From Podarcis bocagei (Eukaryota): a stretch of 64,000 bases of DNA. The translations under genes and the position numbers were made by a program. The notes under the pieces are model-generated. The model was not told where the DNA came from and did no database searches. It saw nothing but the letters and a program-made list of their open reading frames with translations. Positions 63,332-64,000 of the stretch are shown piece by piece. The DNA lies in assembly GCA_964188305.1 (NCBI GenBank), contig OZ076889.1. One strand, 5' to 3'. Each line of letters starts with the position of its first letter. The first letter of the stretch is position 1.

Positions 63332-64000
63332 CCTAATTCACCAGGATGCCTTGGTTATGATATTTATTTGTGCCTATCATTTGAAATTAAAATGCATTAT
63401 TTTATTATTTCAATGCATATGCTATTTTTTTAAAAAATGCACCACACTATTAGAGAGCTAAGTATTCTTATTAGTGTAGGCTTTGATAGTTTAAAAATTA
63501 ATTCTTTCCCTGCCGTTTTATTTCTGCAACATCTGTAACTGGCTTTCGATATGACTTCAAACCCCTGCTAGAAAAATAAACATCAAAATAATGAGCTTTC
63601 CTTATTGAATTCACCAAATTGGCACAATACACTAATGTTTAAACAAAAAATAAAAAATGGGGGGGGGGAGAGAATGAAAGGGGAACTTGCTGCAGTGCCA
63701 GAATGGCAGCACGATCAATTTTAATTAGCATTGCTCATTGTAGGAAATGATAAGGTATCAGTCATAGTAATTGGTGGTGTTGACAATTAGTCAAAGTCAT
63801 TAACATTGCAAAATCTAGAAGAAAAAAGGGGGCTTGCAAAAATTATACAGATCTAGAGAGAGAAAGGCTTAGTACAGAATAATTTGGTTTTTGCATAGTG
63901 TAGCGCACATAGTTTGGATTTACCCACACTTCTCACAGCTATGATTTCTGTATAATTGAATGCATACGCTGGATCCATTTTGGCTAGTTGTAACTGGACA

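Overview
AT-rich, CpG-depleted vertebrate genomic DNA from a squamate, most likely a lacertid lizard. This is inferred from the repeat content: Sauria/Squam1 SINE, BovB/RTE, a tRNA-Lys/CR1 SINE, CR1, L2, L1 and lizard-type hAT and Tc1/pogo MITEs. There are two assembly gaps (22344-22543, 53202-53331). I could not recognise any host protein-coding gene, so the window looks intronic or intergenic. The only convincing protein-like ORFs are retrotransposon remnants: two 5'-truncated L1 ORF2 C-termini with long TSDs, plus BovB, L2, CR1 and one RT N-terminal fragment. The most notable observations are (1) a Penelope-type fragment whose minus strand folds into a minimal type I hammerhead ribozyme (24964-25009); (2) a single TSD-bounded BovB insertion with an inverted 5' segment, a twin-priming signature (55305-55964); (3) a short 5S-rRNA-headed SINE with an L2/MIR-type tail (about 3420-3548); (4) a set of hAT MITEs with readable 8-bp TSDs; and (5) several TE-free, homeobox-motif-rich blocks that may be conserved enhancers. 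Family names come from recalled consensus sequences, not database searches. I see no firm evidence for a wholly new biological system.
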